DNA from: Massalongia carnosa
Lineage: Eukaryota
NCBI GenBank assembly: GCA_965645245.1
Contig: OZ287086.1
Span: 992,001 to 1,056,000, forward strand
Direction: 5' to 3'
DNA: 64,000 bases
Part shown: positions 36,375-48,345 of the stretch, one piece after another
Layout: every line of letters begins with the position of its first letter
How positions within the stretch are numbered: the stretch's first letter is position 1
Position numbers and translations under genes: made by a program
Notes under the pieces: model-generated
What the model saw: the letters and a program-made list of their open reading frames with translations, nothing else
The model's database searches: none
Told to the model about the DNA's origin: nothing

Positions 36375-39300
36375 CTAGCGTAAAAATAACGAACTGATGC
36401 GAACATTGCGGAAAGTGGTCAATTCCTGATTCTTATAGCTGAGAAGCATCCACTGTAAAGAAGGATAAAAGGCAACAGAAACGTTTGATAACTTTATCGG
36501 AACATCGATTTCGACTTTATCAATTAGCCTTCTTGTAAGATCGAGCCGAAACAATGGCAATGACAATTCGCCAAAAAATGCAAGATATTCGCTACGATAA
36601 TCTAACATGACCTGAAGGTCAAAATGCTCTATTTCGATTTGTGCTTTCCATTCTGGACTCAAAGGAAGATAAAAGGGTTTCGAGGCAAGGTCGTCAATTT
36701 CATTACTGACATGAAAGACTTTGCTGCCATAGTTTATTAAAGCGAGATCGGGGCTAGAGTTCACGGGAAACGAACCAGCGAGACCTTCTGACCAATGATC
36801 AAGATCAAGCCGGCGGAGGCACTTTCCTCCCGATGAAATATCTATCAAATCGACATGGGCCTTTTCCTGGCTATATGAACCACGCTTAGTTTAGAGCCAT
36901 CGCAGAAGATGCGGCGGTCTGATATCGTTAAGTCCCCCTCTTGGTTGAGTTTCGTTCCTGATACCTCTAGCGAGATTTTTGATAGTTTTCCTTCCTCACA
37001 GCCCAGGCTTCAACGTCATTTTGAAGTATGTAAATCATATCTCTTTGTGGTTCAATTTTCGTTGTGTCGTAGCGAGAACCATTTAGGTCGCCTTGACTGA
37101 GGATACACGGTTCTGTTGTTAGGGATCCCCAGACTATCAAATATGTGCCCTCTGCTCCCGCAAGATCAAAGAGCTTTGTTTCGTCCTTTGAAAATTGACA
37201 GTAAGGTAGTCCGAATAAGTAATCGTATTCTAGCTGAAAGGTCTTTTTAGAGATAGTATCATACAAATTAAGAAATCCATCTACTATGACAAGATATCGG
37301 CCCGTCAAACTAACAGTTATGAAGCAATCATCCGAACTTTTTTCGTATTCTATTTCTTCTGAAGGTCGACTGTCGACTGTGGATAATCTTTCCAGGGACC
37401 GACTATTATGATCATTCAAAACAAGAGTACTCCCATCTCCGCTGAAGACAGCAGAGCTCTCGATAGTCCACGATCGCTCTTGAATAATGTCTGAAAATGA
37501 TCGCATATCACCGCGCTGTGGATGAGCTTTACCATTCGGAGAATAGAAGCAACTGTCTTTGCCGAAAACAATTCGGTTTGAAGCTATTTGACTGGGAAAG
37601 TAGTCTAGAGGGAGGCAAGGTTCCCCGGCCCCTGGACGGAGAATAAAGTGTTTTTTCGCCCACGGTTCGGGCTTCATTCTTTTTTTGAAGGAGAGATGTT
37701 CTTTTATTTGCCAGATAAGTGTGCAAAGCAAACCGGAAATGTTATAATATAGAACCCCGAGAAATATACCATCCTCACTGAGCGCGGCCCCAAGTACTCG
37801 ATAATTCTCGACTTGCATATCGGCGTCGATGATAGGAACCAGTGAATGTCCCGTACTGGCCTCCTGAACAAAAAGTCTATTGTCGCTTTCGCACGACGAA
37901 AAAAATACACGCCTACGTTCATCATAAATGAAAAACCCCAATCTCAATCTCGGCTCTGCCTTACATTGTCGAAGAGTCATATTTCTGGGTTCAGAATTAT
38001 GCGATTCACTTGGATTTGAAAAACCTTCCATTCACATCTGCTTCTCTCGTTTGATGCAGCAGCCATGCTTTTCGTACATCTCTCGAAGTTGTTCGGTATG
38101 AAATACGCTGCCTAGATCCAAGATATGCACCTGCGTTGGATATTGCGCAACAATCTCTCCATGCTCGTCGAGCAACCGCTGAACAGCCTCGCACCAATCG
38201 CCAAGAAAATGCCTATTATCATCGGCAAAGGTGGGACAGTCTTTTGAATCCATTATCTAGTCATTTAGGTCCTCAAAGCCTACTTTTAGACGTTCCAGAC
38301 TGGTCGAGTCCAGAATAAAACATGTCTAGATCCAACCAAACGTGCAGCGAGAATCGTAAGTTCTTCGAAAGGTCGCAGCAATTTCACCAACATCTTTCGC
38401 GTTGCACTCGATGAGATGAATCGGCCAGCAAAATACCGCATAATCGATGAAGGGACAATTATCCTTCCGATCCTGTAACTTTACCTTATCAACGACAACA
38501 TCAATACTATAAGTGCACTGGTCTATGTTTATTACTAAATTTCATACAATTTTGGTATATATATGCTAGGCATGATTGCGTTAGCTGCAGATAGGCTTCC
38601 GAAGGCGCAACGCATAGCTCTCGAAAAGGTTCGCTGACATCCATCAATTGTCGTTCGTCCTCAAGGAACTCTTTGATTGACAGATGGATGAGCTGGATCG
38701 TTTTATTCTGAACAGCTACTAAAGATCCACACATTACCTCAATATCCTTTTCACTACATAAGAACCTCTCATCATTGCCGAACTCAGGGTCACTTCCGAC
38801 TCGATAATGTGCCTCCAGTCAATTATGGAGCTCCTCAAGCCGAAGTGGACGCACCGCGCAGACAACCCACATCAGTACCTGTTTACATAGGTCTATAGTA
38901 CCAGGTGAGAGAGTACTGTGGAGTCTCCGTAACATTGCTTGATATATCGGCTCTAACTTCCCCGGTAGATTGTCTAATAATTCTCGCACTTGAGAGTTCG
39001 TGTTGCAATACTTTAACTCCTTAAGCATGAGATATGCCCAAAGAAACATCCCGTTGTGGCCTCCTGATATTCGTCTGATGACATCCTCACGTATCTGAGG
39101 TTGACTAGAGAGTCGGGAGATCTTTGATACCTTGGCCGTGACGATGAACTTGATGTCATCATTTACGTCTTGAGGATTGATTTCAAATGATGGCACCTGA
39201 TCAAACTGCTTTATAAGAGCCGTTTCCCGTCGGCTTGTCATGATGATGCTGATACCCTTGACGTCCGCTAATTTGATACTCACGGCACTCATCCAAGGCA

Positions 39301-40660
39301 TCGATGATAACCGTGACTAGTACGGCTTTTCCAACATGAAGTGAGAATATTTGCCAAAGATCACTGATGTTGACCGCCTTCGGTTGACCAGCCTTCTCCA
39401 TGGCTTTTTCCAGCTCTTTAACCAGAGAGTCCTGGTTGGGGTATACAACTTGATAGATTTGATACAAGAGCGAACGTACGATTGCCACTTGCGTGTATTT
39501 CAGTATCGGCGTCCTTGCAAAAGAAGTAAAGTACTCGACCATAATCTCTTGATGCTTCGTCGGAGCAATCGTGGTCTATCAAGAACGAAGAGTACTGTTT
39601 TGCCGGCTCCAGGCCTCGCGGAAATCCATAGAAATGACCCCCTTGAATCGTCACCCTTCGCCCATATTTCAAATTCCTTCCTTTTCAGAACCCACTTGCA
39701 GGTACCAGGATGAAGAGACTTTTTAGCTGACATCAGATCTTGGACATAATAATCGGTGTCATACGATTGAGGAGCGAGCCAACTATTGATATCCTTTTGT
39801 CGTGAGAATTCTTGAGCTTCTATCAACTCTCGGTTGACATGCTTTTGTTCGACTCTCGATTTCTTAGCTTCTCCGATATGCTCAGCAAGAGCGGCTTTCT
39901 CGACTCGATCGCGATTTTCAGTCATCTCCTGTTCAAGCTCCTGGAGTTTGGAAGCACAATCATTCCACGCGACTCGGAATAATCTCCAGTGTCTTCGGCC
40001 TCGATAATACTTGCAGGCACGGATCCAAAAACGGAGCATGGAATTATAAAATGCATTTACACTATTATGAACTAGGGGAGAATCAAATATATCCGCATAC
40101 ACCTCTATTCGTGGTAAGCAATTAACCATGACCGCAAAGCCTTGACATAATTTGGCATGCTCTTCTGCGGAAGCATCAACTAACGTAAGCACAAACTTGA
40201 TGCTACCCCACAGTAAGGATGCAGCCGAGTTGGCTCCTGCTAATTTATCGATGCAAGCACTGAACCGCTGGATACGAGTGGAACCGGCCCGAATCGTGTC
40301 GCCTACTTTTGTGAATCGGCTCCCTTCACGCCGGCGCTCCCATTCTTCTATGTGGCGTAAAACACCTTCAGGCCCTGTCGGAAGCTCCAATCTCGAAATA
40401 TCCTTCTTCGAAAGCGACTTTTCAAAGGCGCTCTTTGCGTCTTTGCAGATAGCGAGAGTGCTTGAAGTCTAGCCCCGGGCCTAGTGACACTAGGCCGTTC
40501 GCGACGGGGGGAGCCAGCGACGTTTTGGATATTCTAGTCAATCCTTAGTATCACGTATGGCCTGGAGAGTTTTAACGTCCGAAGCTGTGGAGACTACTAC
40601 CGTCGAAGTGTATTCCGCCGTGTCGCTTCTGGGATGCTTCCCAACACGATGGCAAAACGA
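36375..40660 (-). pseudogene. NLR-like NACHT protein (helical N-terminal domain, NACHT, degenerate beta-propeller-like C-terminus), fragmented
   Basis: ASLLWGSIKFVL N-domain, HPGTCKW, WISARPGAGKT P-loop, VIIDALDEC Walker B, GMFLWAYL, RPLRLEEL and LIHLSIKEFL. Many frameshifts and stops; the start is approximate. Confidence 0.8.
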
Positions 40661-41755
40661 CATAGAATTAGGGCTGAAACCCGTCCTCATCGCCGCTGTT
40701 CAGCAGGATCAGGTAGAATCATCGCCATGTTGAGCCGGGGGCGAGGCAGCAACGACAGGAAAGGTCAGAGAGACGATGAAGCGGGGGTAAAGAGCGGAGA
40801 ATATCTTAGGCTGCAAATAGCGCACAGCCTTATCAGTCAATGGTCACCATCCACCTACTTGATTTATTCCCATTCATCACTCTTGAGATACATATATTTA
40901 AAAGAACGATAGCTAAAGTTTCGAATCAATTATAAGCTCAAGCTTTGTAATTGTCAGGCTTCAACTGTGACCACTCCACCAGACCATTCGACGAAATCGT
41001 ATGTGTTCGGTCTCGCTCTCTCCCTGTCAAGGCTCGTGTAAAGCTTCATATATGCAGCAAACCTTCTACGATTCCGGATTCCCAGGTTTCCAAATTTGCT
41101 TGGGTACAAAAATACGATGGAAGACCATGGCGGAAGAAGTGACGGACCGTTTAAACAGGGCGCTTGATGGCAAGTTTCTCCAAACATAGGATTATCACGA
41201 AGTTCATGTTTTGCGGGAGGACAGCAGCGACGACTGCGCAGGCATGCTGCAAAAAAAAAAAAGAAGTCCAAGAACCGAGGAAGCTCTTCAAGGATAAATT
41301 CTCACCACGATGTTGACAGCTTTCCCATAACCCTCAGAAATGAGCCAGCTTTCCCGTTCACGCCTTTCTTCGATTGCTCTACTACTGAGCCTGAACGAAA
41401 GAGTCGGGATCTTCCACTAGGCTGCTGTACGAGTAAAACGTTGGACACCGTTTTCTTGCGAGTGGTCACATAACTGCTTCATACGTTTATTTTGCTTGCC
41501 CATTTAAAACACTTTTTTGAGAGGTCGGCATCATTGTGTAAGTAAGAAATGCGGAAACCGAGGAGAAGGGATGTCAAAATCAATGTTCTTGTGTTGGATA
41601 CCAACCTATGGCGCTAGACATTATTATGGTCACGTGTAACAGTAGACCTATTCCGGTATGCGGCACGCATCCTGGACTAGGAGGATTTCAGACCTTAGAA
41701 GTAGAGTCATAGAATCATCAATATAACAAAAAATATATAACCTCATACTTCTACA

Positions 41756-41767
41756 GGTTATGAGCCC
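41756..41767 (+). promoter_or_regulatory. Primer-binding site (internal tRNA-iMet/half-tRNA type)
   Basis: GGTTATGAGCCC directly after the 5' LTR; the same sequence occurs in the other Copia family at 48490. Confidence 0.75.
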
Positions 41768-42024
41768 GGCCAGCGCATAAGCTCATTAATCTTCGCTAGC
41801 GACAGGCCACAAATACCCCACACCCCCCAGAGCAATGCACCTAGAACAGGAGGAGCGGTGTGAGGCAGGAGGGTTAAGAATGCTACTATGAGGTAGCATC
41901 CGACCCCACTTGGCTACCAAAAGGAGCCAATTCTGAAATGGCGGTGTGGAATCAAGCCAATGCGCCTGACCACCTACCACAATAGATAGGAAGAGTGCTA
42001 CGCCCACGTACTGAAAGGATACGA

Positions 42025-42302
42025 AGTAGAACGCTCATATACCAAAGGCTACGAGGCAAACGCTCACATACCAGACGGCTACGAGGCGAAGACGCTCATA
42101 CGAAGCAGAACGCTCACATACCGAAGGCTACGAGGCGGAGAACTTGCTCATATACCAAAGGTTACGAAGCGAAGACGCTCACATACCAGACGGCTACGAG
42201 GCGAAGACGCTCATACGAAGCAGAACGCTCACATACCGAAGGCTACGAGGCGGAGAACTTGCTCATATACCAAAGGTTACGAAGCGAAGACGCTCGCATA
42301 CC
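42025..42302 (+). repeat. Tandem repeat array in the Copia 5' leader (~115-bp period made of shorter subunits)
   Basis: CGCTCACATACCAGACGGCTACGAGG recurs at 42061 and 42176. Confidence 0.85.
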
Positions 42303-42375
42303 ACAACAGCTACAAGGCAACCCACCTTCCTACAACCCAAAGGCGTTGAGAACTCTTCGCCCAAAAAACCACAAA

Positions 42376-43332
42376 ATGTCAGACCGACGAGAAGAGCAGG
42401 AGAAGGCTCCCCGCATCATTCTCCAAGGCTCCGAGAACTATACATTATGGCGATCCTACATTCTGGGAGAGCTCAAGCAGAAGAACTGCGCCTGGGCAGT
42501 CACCGGAAAGCCAGAGCCAACGAAGGAGTCCGTCAGATCGGACATCATAGCCATGGGCTTCAAACCCACCGAAATGACGGCCCAAGCACTCTGGACTGCC
42601 CTCTCCACCGAAATTAAAGAGCACCGAGCCTCCCTGAGCAAAGCGGAGGGCATCATCAAAAACTCCGTAGCCTCCAAACACCAAGCAGCTATCGAGGGCA
42701 AAGAAGCCAAGGAAATGTGGGAAACCCTACAAACGAAATTTCAGCACATCTCTCCAATGAGCATCTCGCGACTCATCCTGGAGACCACCAAATTACGACT
42801 ATCGGACTGCACAGACATTCACGAATATTGCAGCAAATACCAAGAGGCCTACGACACTGTGTGCGGCCTCATTCCCACAGATTCCGAGATCCCCGCAAAA
42901 GGAGCCGAGGTACTCCTGCAGGCAGGACTGCTCACTGGGATGGGAAACGAATACTCGGGGATCGTCTCTATGATGGAGACAGAGTGGAAAATGGGGAACA
43001 CAAACATCGCCGAGAGCACTAAAAAGCTTATCCGGTTTGCAGAAATCAGGAAAGAGAACGACCAAACTCCAGGACAATCCGGCACACCCAAACAATCGGC
43101 ACTCTTCACCTCCAAACCACCAAAGCCTAGTAATCGAGCACCCCCGGGGACCTGCACAAACTCAGATTGCATCAAGAAGGGAAATACACAGCACTACACA
43201 GACCGTTGTTTCCTGAGATACCCCGAACTTCGGCCAAAACACTCGCTGCATCAGATGAGAACAAAAGGCTCTAGGCAAAACCTCCAAAGCCAGACAGAGA
43301 GCCCTTCCGAGACCCCGTCCCGCGAAAGTTGA
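42376..43332 (+). CDS. gag: Copia gag
   Basis: MSDRREEQ...LQGSENYTLW, AKEMWETL and a Cys/His segment CTNSDC...HYTDRC; ends in TGA. Confidence 0.9.
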   Translation: MSDRREEQEKAPRIILQGSENYTLWRSYILGELKQKNCAWAVTGKPEPTKESVRSDIIAMGFKPTEMTAQALWTALSTEIKEHRASLSKAEGIIKNSVASKHQAAIEGKEAKEMWETLQTKFQHISPMSISRLILETTKLRLSDCTDIHEYCSKYQEAYDTVCGLIPTDSEIPAKGAEVLLQAGLLTGMGNEYSGIVSMMETEWKMGNTNIAESTKKLIRFAEIRKENDQTPGQSGTPKQSALFTSKPPKPSNRAPPGTCTNSDCIKKGNTQHYTDRCFLRYPELRPKHSLHQMRTKGSRQNLQSQTESPSETPSRES

Positions 43333-46300
43333 CAACCAAAGGTGCTAGCGGTCAAAGGGCCGAGAGACGCTTCCTGGCTGGTTGACAGCGCGGCGGACGT
43401 GCACGTGTGCAATGATCGAAGCTTGATGACTGAGTACCACGAAAAGCCTACCCGGATCGGAGGCTCAACTGCAGATGGGGTTTCACCAGGCCGTGGAAAG
43501 GTGCGCCTTCGCCTCAGCCTGAAAGACGGTCGCGAAGGAGTGATCCTGAACCTGAACAACGTGTTTTTCCTTCCCCACAGTCCTTCTAATCTTGTCAGCC
43601 TCGGCCTTCTTAACATTCATGGAATTTTCTATGATAATGAGAACGAGACACTCTATGATAGAAGAACAAAGGAAACCCTGGCTTACGCCGAAAGGTGGAG
43701 GACCAGCTTCCTTCTTCACCCTCTCAACCTCTCTGTCTCTGCAACTCATCTAAAGCAGATCGACGCCAACACGTACGAGTGGCCACCACACGCCTACAGG
43801 ACCACCACCTCATCAAAACTACCTCTCACCACCTGGCACAAACGACTCGGCCACCTCAACTTCCCCTCACTGAAGCAAAATCTCCACAAACTGGAGATCG
43901 ACTACTTGGACGACTCAGAAAAGTACGTGTGTGACAGCTGCCAACGTGCGAAAGCCACAAAAATCTACAACCGCCACGAGCCTCAGAAACGAGCAAGCGA
44001 GTCGTACCAGTTTATACACACAGACCTAGTAGGTCCCATCAACCCTGTTGGTTTTGGAGGGGAGAGATACTTCTTCACATTTACGGATGACTTCACGCGA
44101 TATACCGAAGTGCACACTGGTGCCCGGAAAAGCGATTGGTTCAAATGTCTTAAGACCTTCTACAACCTCTGCAAAACCAGGTCACACAAAGAGAGACCAG
44201 TCGAACGCCTACGTTCAGATTATGGATCAGAACTGCAGAGCAAAAGGGTAGAGGAATGGTTTGCGAAGAAGGGCATCACTTTTGAACCCTCAGCACCGTA
44301 CTCTCAGGAACAAAACGGCGTGTCAGAACGAATGGGAAGAACCATCATGGATATGACAAGAGCGACAATCCTAGAGGGAAGCCTTGATGACGAGCTGTGG
44401 CCTGAAATTGTTCTTGCGATGACGTACGTCAAAAATGTTCGTCCCACGAAGGCTTTAGGTGGAGACAACCCCTACCATGCACAGCAGAAAATCCACCCAG
44501 ATATCCAACACCTCCGAGTGTTAGGCTCGACAGTGTACGTTCTCCTACACGAAGAGGAACGAGCCTTAAAGTCTGAGAAGTGGAACCCACGAGCCTTACG
44601 CGGTATTCTTGTTGGATACGATGGTCATACAATCTACAGAGTCCACATCCGAGAACAGAACAAAGTCATTCGCATCAAAGATCTCAGAATCTTTGAAGAC
44701 TACGAGGCCAAGACGTCCACCGAGCTTCCTGAATACAAAAACACTCCCACCTTCTCAGGTTTCTTACTCTCCGATGACGATGACGAGGCGACGAGCGACA
44801 CACAGATGTTGGATGTAGGCCGAAAGTTCAACAATGCAACAGGTGCCAGCGAGTCAACTCCCAGTAAAGTAACCCCTAGGAAGGGCCGAAAGGTCACTAC
44901 TAGAGATGAAACTACTGGAGCGTCAAATGAAACTACGGAGACAAGGAAGTCTCGGTCTGGCCGAACGATAAGGCCTACACAAAAGGCTCAAGATCAAGAT
45001 CTGATAGTACATCTCAGCAAGCTGCTAGACCTTGACTGGGAACACAGCTCGGAGGAAAAAGCAAACGCGTTCCTGACAAACATCGAATGCGAGGAGGACG
45101 GCCATGACGCAGACGACGACCCATACACAATCTTGACTTCGAGGCTCATTCAGGCCAACGCCCAAAGTAAAGGAGACTACGTCCTTGCCACCCAATTAGA
45201 TGTCGAAGAACCTGAGTCATACAACAGGGCAATGCAATGCCCCCACGCCTCGCAGTGGGCACAGGCAATGAAAGAAGAAATAGACTCTCTACACGAAAAC
45301 AAGACCTGGGTTCTCATACCAAAGAACGAGATGGAGTCAGGTCATCGACCTCTGGGGGGGAAGTGGGTGTACAAGGTCAAGCGTGATGTCGAAGGCAAGG
45401 TATCTAGATTCAAAGCCAGATGGGTTATCAAAGGGTACCTACAGCAGTTTGGTGTTGATTTCGATCAAACCTACGCATCCGTGGTGAAGCCAATGGCCTT
45501 CAGAACCCTGTTCGCCCTTGCCGCCTTCTTCGACCTGGACATCGACCAGATGGACGTAAAAACGGCTTTTCTCTATGGCCTCATTGATCAACTGATATAT
45601 ATGGAGATTCCAAAGGGAACTGAGACAGAAGCCACAAAGAATATGGTTTGCAAACTGTTGAAAGCTATCTACGGCCTCAAACAATCTCCCCGCCTCTGGT
45701 ACGAACGCTTTTCAGCCTTCCTCCTCGAGAAACTAGGCTTGAAACGCATCCACGCAGACCACAGTATATTCGTATCGGGTGCAGGGCTGAAAGGTCCCGT
45801 ACTCAGCGTCTTCGTAGATGACATCAAGATTATGGCGCCAAAGGACAGTGGGATAATCAAGCGAGTCAAAGCAGAACTCACAGCTGCATTCTCTATGTCA
45901 GATATGTGTCCCATCAGCTTTTACCTAGGACTGAGAATAGATCGGGATCGAAAGCAACGAACCATCAAACTGTCTCAACCGGCCTACATCGAAAAAGTGT
46001 TGGAGAGATTCCATCTCGACAAAGCCAACCCCGTCAACACCCCGATGAAAGAATCTGTGCCACTCTCCCAACGCGAGGAAGGAGAAGCCTCACCACCAGA
46101 GAAGGAGAGATACCAAGGAATGACGGGGTCCATAATGTTCTCCATGGTAGAGACCAGACCAGATATTGCCTTCGCCACGTCCCTCGTAAGTCGCTTTGCC
46201 AAGAACCCGAGCCATCAGCACACCGAAGCAGTCAAAACCATCCTCAAATACCTCAAGGGCTCGAAACATCGAGGCATAACCTATGGGGGGGATGAAGAAC

Positions 46301-46863
46301 TGAAAATCGAAGGCTATTCGGACTCGGATTGGGCAGGTGACAAGGACAGCCGGAAGTCAACATCCGGTTTCATCTTTATGCTGAACGGGGGACCGATAAG
46401 CTGGTGCTCTAAAAGGCAATTAACAGTTGCTCTCTCTTCCACAGAAGCGGAATACATCGCACTCACGCTGGCCGCCAAAGAAGCCACCTGGCTTCGTCTA
46501 CTCCTCACAGAGCTTGGGGTGTTGGAAGCGGACCAACAGCATGCTGAGATCAAGGTCTCCAACAAGAACTCGTGCGTACAAGCGATCGACAGAGACCTCA
46601 ACAGCCTCAAGCCCAGCGACGGAGACCCCACTGTTTCACTCAAAGGTGACAACCAAGGATCTCTTGCTCTGGCACACAACCCAGTATTCCATGCCAGGAC
46701 CAAACACATCGATATCCAGCACCATTACATCCGAGACGAGGTGGAGGCAAAGAGAATCGAGTTGACCTACGTGCCAACTGGGGAGATGATCGCCGACGGC
46801 CTGACGAAGGCCCTAACGCACGCAAAGTTCCACACCTTTGTCGAACAGATGCAGATGACCTAG
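43333..46863 (+). CDS. pol: Copia pol (PR, INT, RT, RNase H), in frame with gag after one UGA
   Basis: WLVDSAA, WHKRLGH...CDSC, HTDLVGP, RSDYGSE, QNGVSER, FVDD, YSDSDWAG and ADGLTK motifs. Confidence 0.95.
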   Translation, partial: QPKVLAVKGPRDASWLVDSAADVHVCNDRSLMTEYHEKPTRIGGSTADGVSPGRGKVRLRLSLKDGREGVILNLNNVFFLPHSPSNLVSLGLLNIHGIFYDNENETLYDRRTKETLAYAERWRTSFLLHPLNLSVSATHLKQIDANTYEWPPHAYRTTTSSKLPLTTWHKRLGHLNFPSLKQNLHKLEIDYLDDSEKYVCDSCQRAKATKIYNRHEPQKRASESYQFIHTDLVGPINPVGFGGERYFFTFTDDFTRYTEVHTGARKSDWFKCLKTFYNLCKTRSHKERPVERLRSDYGSELQSKRVEEWFAKKGITFEPSAPYSQEQNGVSERMGRTIMDMTRATILEGSLDDELWPEIVLAMTYVKNVRPTKALGGDNPYHAQQKIHPDIQHLRVLGSTVYVLLHEEERALKSEKWNPRALRGILVGYDGHTIYRVHIREQNKVIRIKDLRIFEDYEAKTSTELPEYKNTPTFSGFLLSDDDDEATSDTQMLDVGRKFNNATGASESTPSKVTPRKGRKVTTRDETTGASNETTETRKSRSGRTIRPTQKAQDQDLIVHLSKLLDLDWEHSSEEKANAFLTNIECEEDGHDADDDPYTILTSRLIQANAQSKGDYVLATQLDVEEPESYNRAMQCPHASQWAQAMKEEIDSLHENKTWVLIPKNEMESGHRPLGGKWVYKVKRDVEGKVSRFKARWVIKGYLQQFGVDFDQTYASVVKPMAFRTLFALAAFFDLDIDQMDVKTAFLYGLIDQLIYMEIPKGTETEATKNMVCKLLKAIYGLKQSPRLWYERFSAFLLEKLGLKRIHADHSIFVSGAGLKGPVLSVFVDDIKIMAPKDSGIIKRVKAELTAAFSMSDMCPISFYLGLRIDRDRKQRTIKLSQPAYIEKVLERFHLDKANPVNTPMKESVPLSQREEGEASPPEKERYQGMTGSIMFSMVETRPDIAFATSLVSRFAKNPSHQHTEAVKTILKYLKGSKHRGITYGGDEELKIEGYSDSDWAGDKDSRKSTSGFIFMLNGGPISWCSKRQLTVALSSTEAEYIALTLAAKEATWLRLLLTELGVLEADQQHAEIKVSNKNSCVQAIDRDLNSLKPSDGDPTVSLKGDNQGSLALAHNPVFHARTKHIDIQHHYIRDEVEAKRIELTYVPTGEMIADGLTKALTHAKFHTFVEQMQMT

Positions 46864-47399
46864 AGCCAAATCAGCACAGCCACACTACCTGGAGCCACAA
46901 CCTACCAATGAACCGATGCAACCAACAGCTGCTGATTCTTCCAGAAAAAACGAGATAAAAATCGATTCGTTAGCGTGGGCGATTCTTACGTAACTAGCGC
47001 ATAGCTTGTGGGGGGGTGTTGGATACCAACCTATGGCGCTAGACATTATTATGGTCACGTGTAACAGTAGACCTATTCCGGTATGCGGCACGCATCCTGG
47101 ACTAGGAGGATTTCAGACCTTAGAAGTAGAGTCATAGAATCATCAATATAACAAAAAATATATAACCTCATACTTCTACATCTTGCGCTGGAACTAAAGC
47201 AATGACGAGATCCGTGTGTTTGATTCATGTGCTCATACACAATTTTCGGATACGGGGGGGGGACTTTCAAAGTGTTAGCTCCTACTGGTATACTATTTAA
47301 TGTGCTTAACCTGGGCAACTTCTTGCTCGATAACAGCTGCTAATGATATTATCACTGCGCCGCCTGTTCAAAAACGCGATTACACATGTAGGAATAAGG

Positions 47400-48345
47400 A
47401 CATTACCCGACCGAAAGACCCCAGAAATAGTAATAGATATTCTTCGAATATGTCGTAAATACTATATCCAGAGACTCGCTCTGATGTTCAGATGCGATAG
47501 ATGAAGTCGAAGATTCGATGCAATTTCGTCTCTGCGGCAAAACACTTCAAGAAGTTGAAACAGCGTCAGGATCTGACTATTTACATGTTTCGTGTCTACT
47601 TCGATGGAGTGACTCCAGAGCATTACTATCCATGTTACGATCGAAGATGTCTCGTCGCCGATGTTTGATTGCGCTGATGCGCGAAGAACTTATAAATCTT
47701 TGTATCCAAGTTCTCTATGGGCACAAGTAGAATCTCGAAGCCGCTGTCTAGTATTATTCCAAGGAACAGCTACATGAAACTCGTATCGATTTGGATAGGG
47801 ATCGACAGACATTTCGATGGCTTTACAGCCTTTGTGTCTTTAATGAGGATAGGAATCTCGTATCGCGCTCTTCTGAATATGTTCATCACTTTTCCAGCTT
47901 CTTAACTCCCGGCTCAACAAAGTCGAACATGCTCGTTTGTTCAAAGTCGCATATTTCCGAACGACAGCAGCAGGCATTCTTTCAGGCTGAAATTTCTATC
48001 AAAGTTTCGAGATAATTATTCCATTTTTGCCCAAGGGTTATTTTAGGATACGACGAGGCTTCGACTGCGTACAAGAGCTTGGAGAGTTTTTCGAACTTTG
48101 GCTCGGAAGTGTGATCTCCCTCTTGTGCGAAGACGGTAGCCCGTTGGTCGAGATACGGAGCCACTGAGCGAAAGCTATGCTCTAGAAGATTCAGATCTAG
48201 ATCCGGTAACTCGAACGGGTCAAACGCGCTAACCCGGGAACGGTTCCCCAACTCAGCGGGTTGAGCCCTACAGGTTCCCCAACCCGGTAGCGGGTCGGGT
48301 TCGACTAGTCAAAACCCGACCCAACCCGACCCGTTGTGCGGCGTA
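47400..48345 (-). mobile_element. Decayed end of a probable hAT-type element sharing the MITE terminus
   Basis: Ends ...ACCCGTTGTGCGGCGTA with several (A)ACCCG subterminal repeats. The interior is stop-riddled coding-like sequence; the left boundary is uncertain. Confidence 0.45.

Larger units (their letters stand above)
41592..47180 (+). mobile_element. Ty1/Copia LTR retrotransposon, intact and recent (copy 2)
   Basis: Identical 164-bp LTRs (41592-41755, 47017-47180), TSD TCTTG, PBS GGTTATGAGCCC, G-rich PPT and uninterrupted gag and pol. Confidence 0.97.

Noticed and set aside
41995..42375. N-terminal extension of Copia gag
   Set aside because: It has a non-ATG start and is translated from leader tandem repeats; ATG 42376 is the more plausible start.
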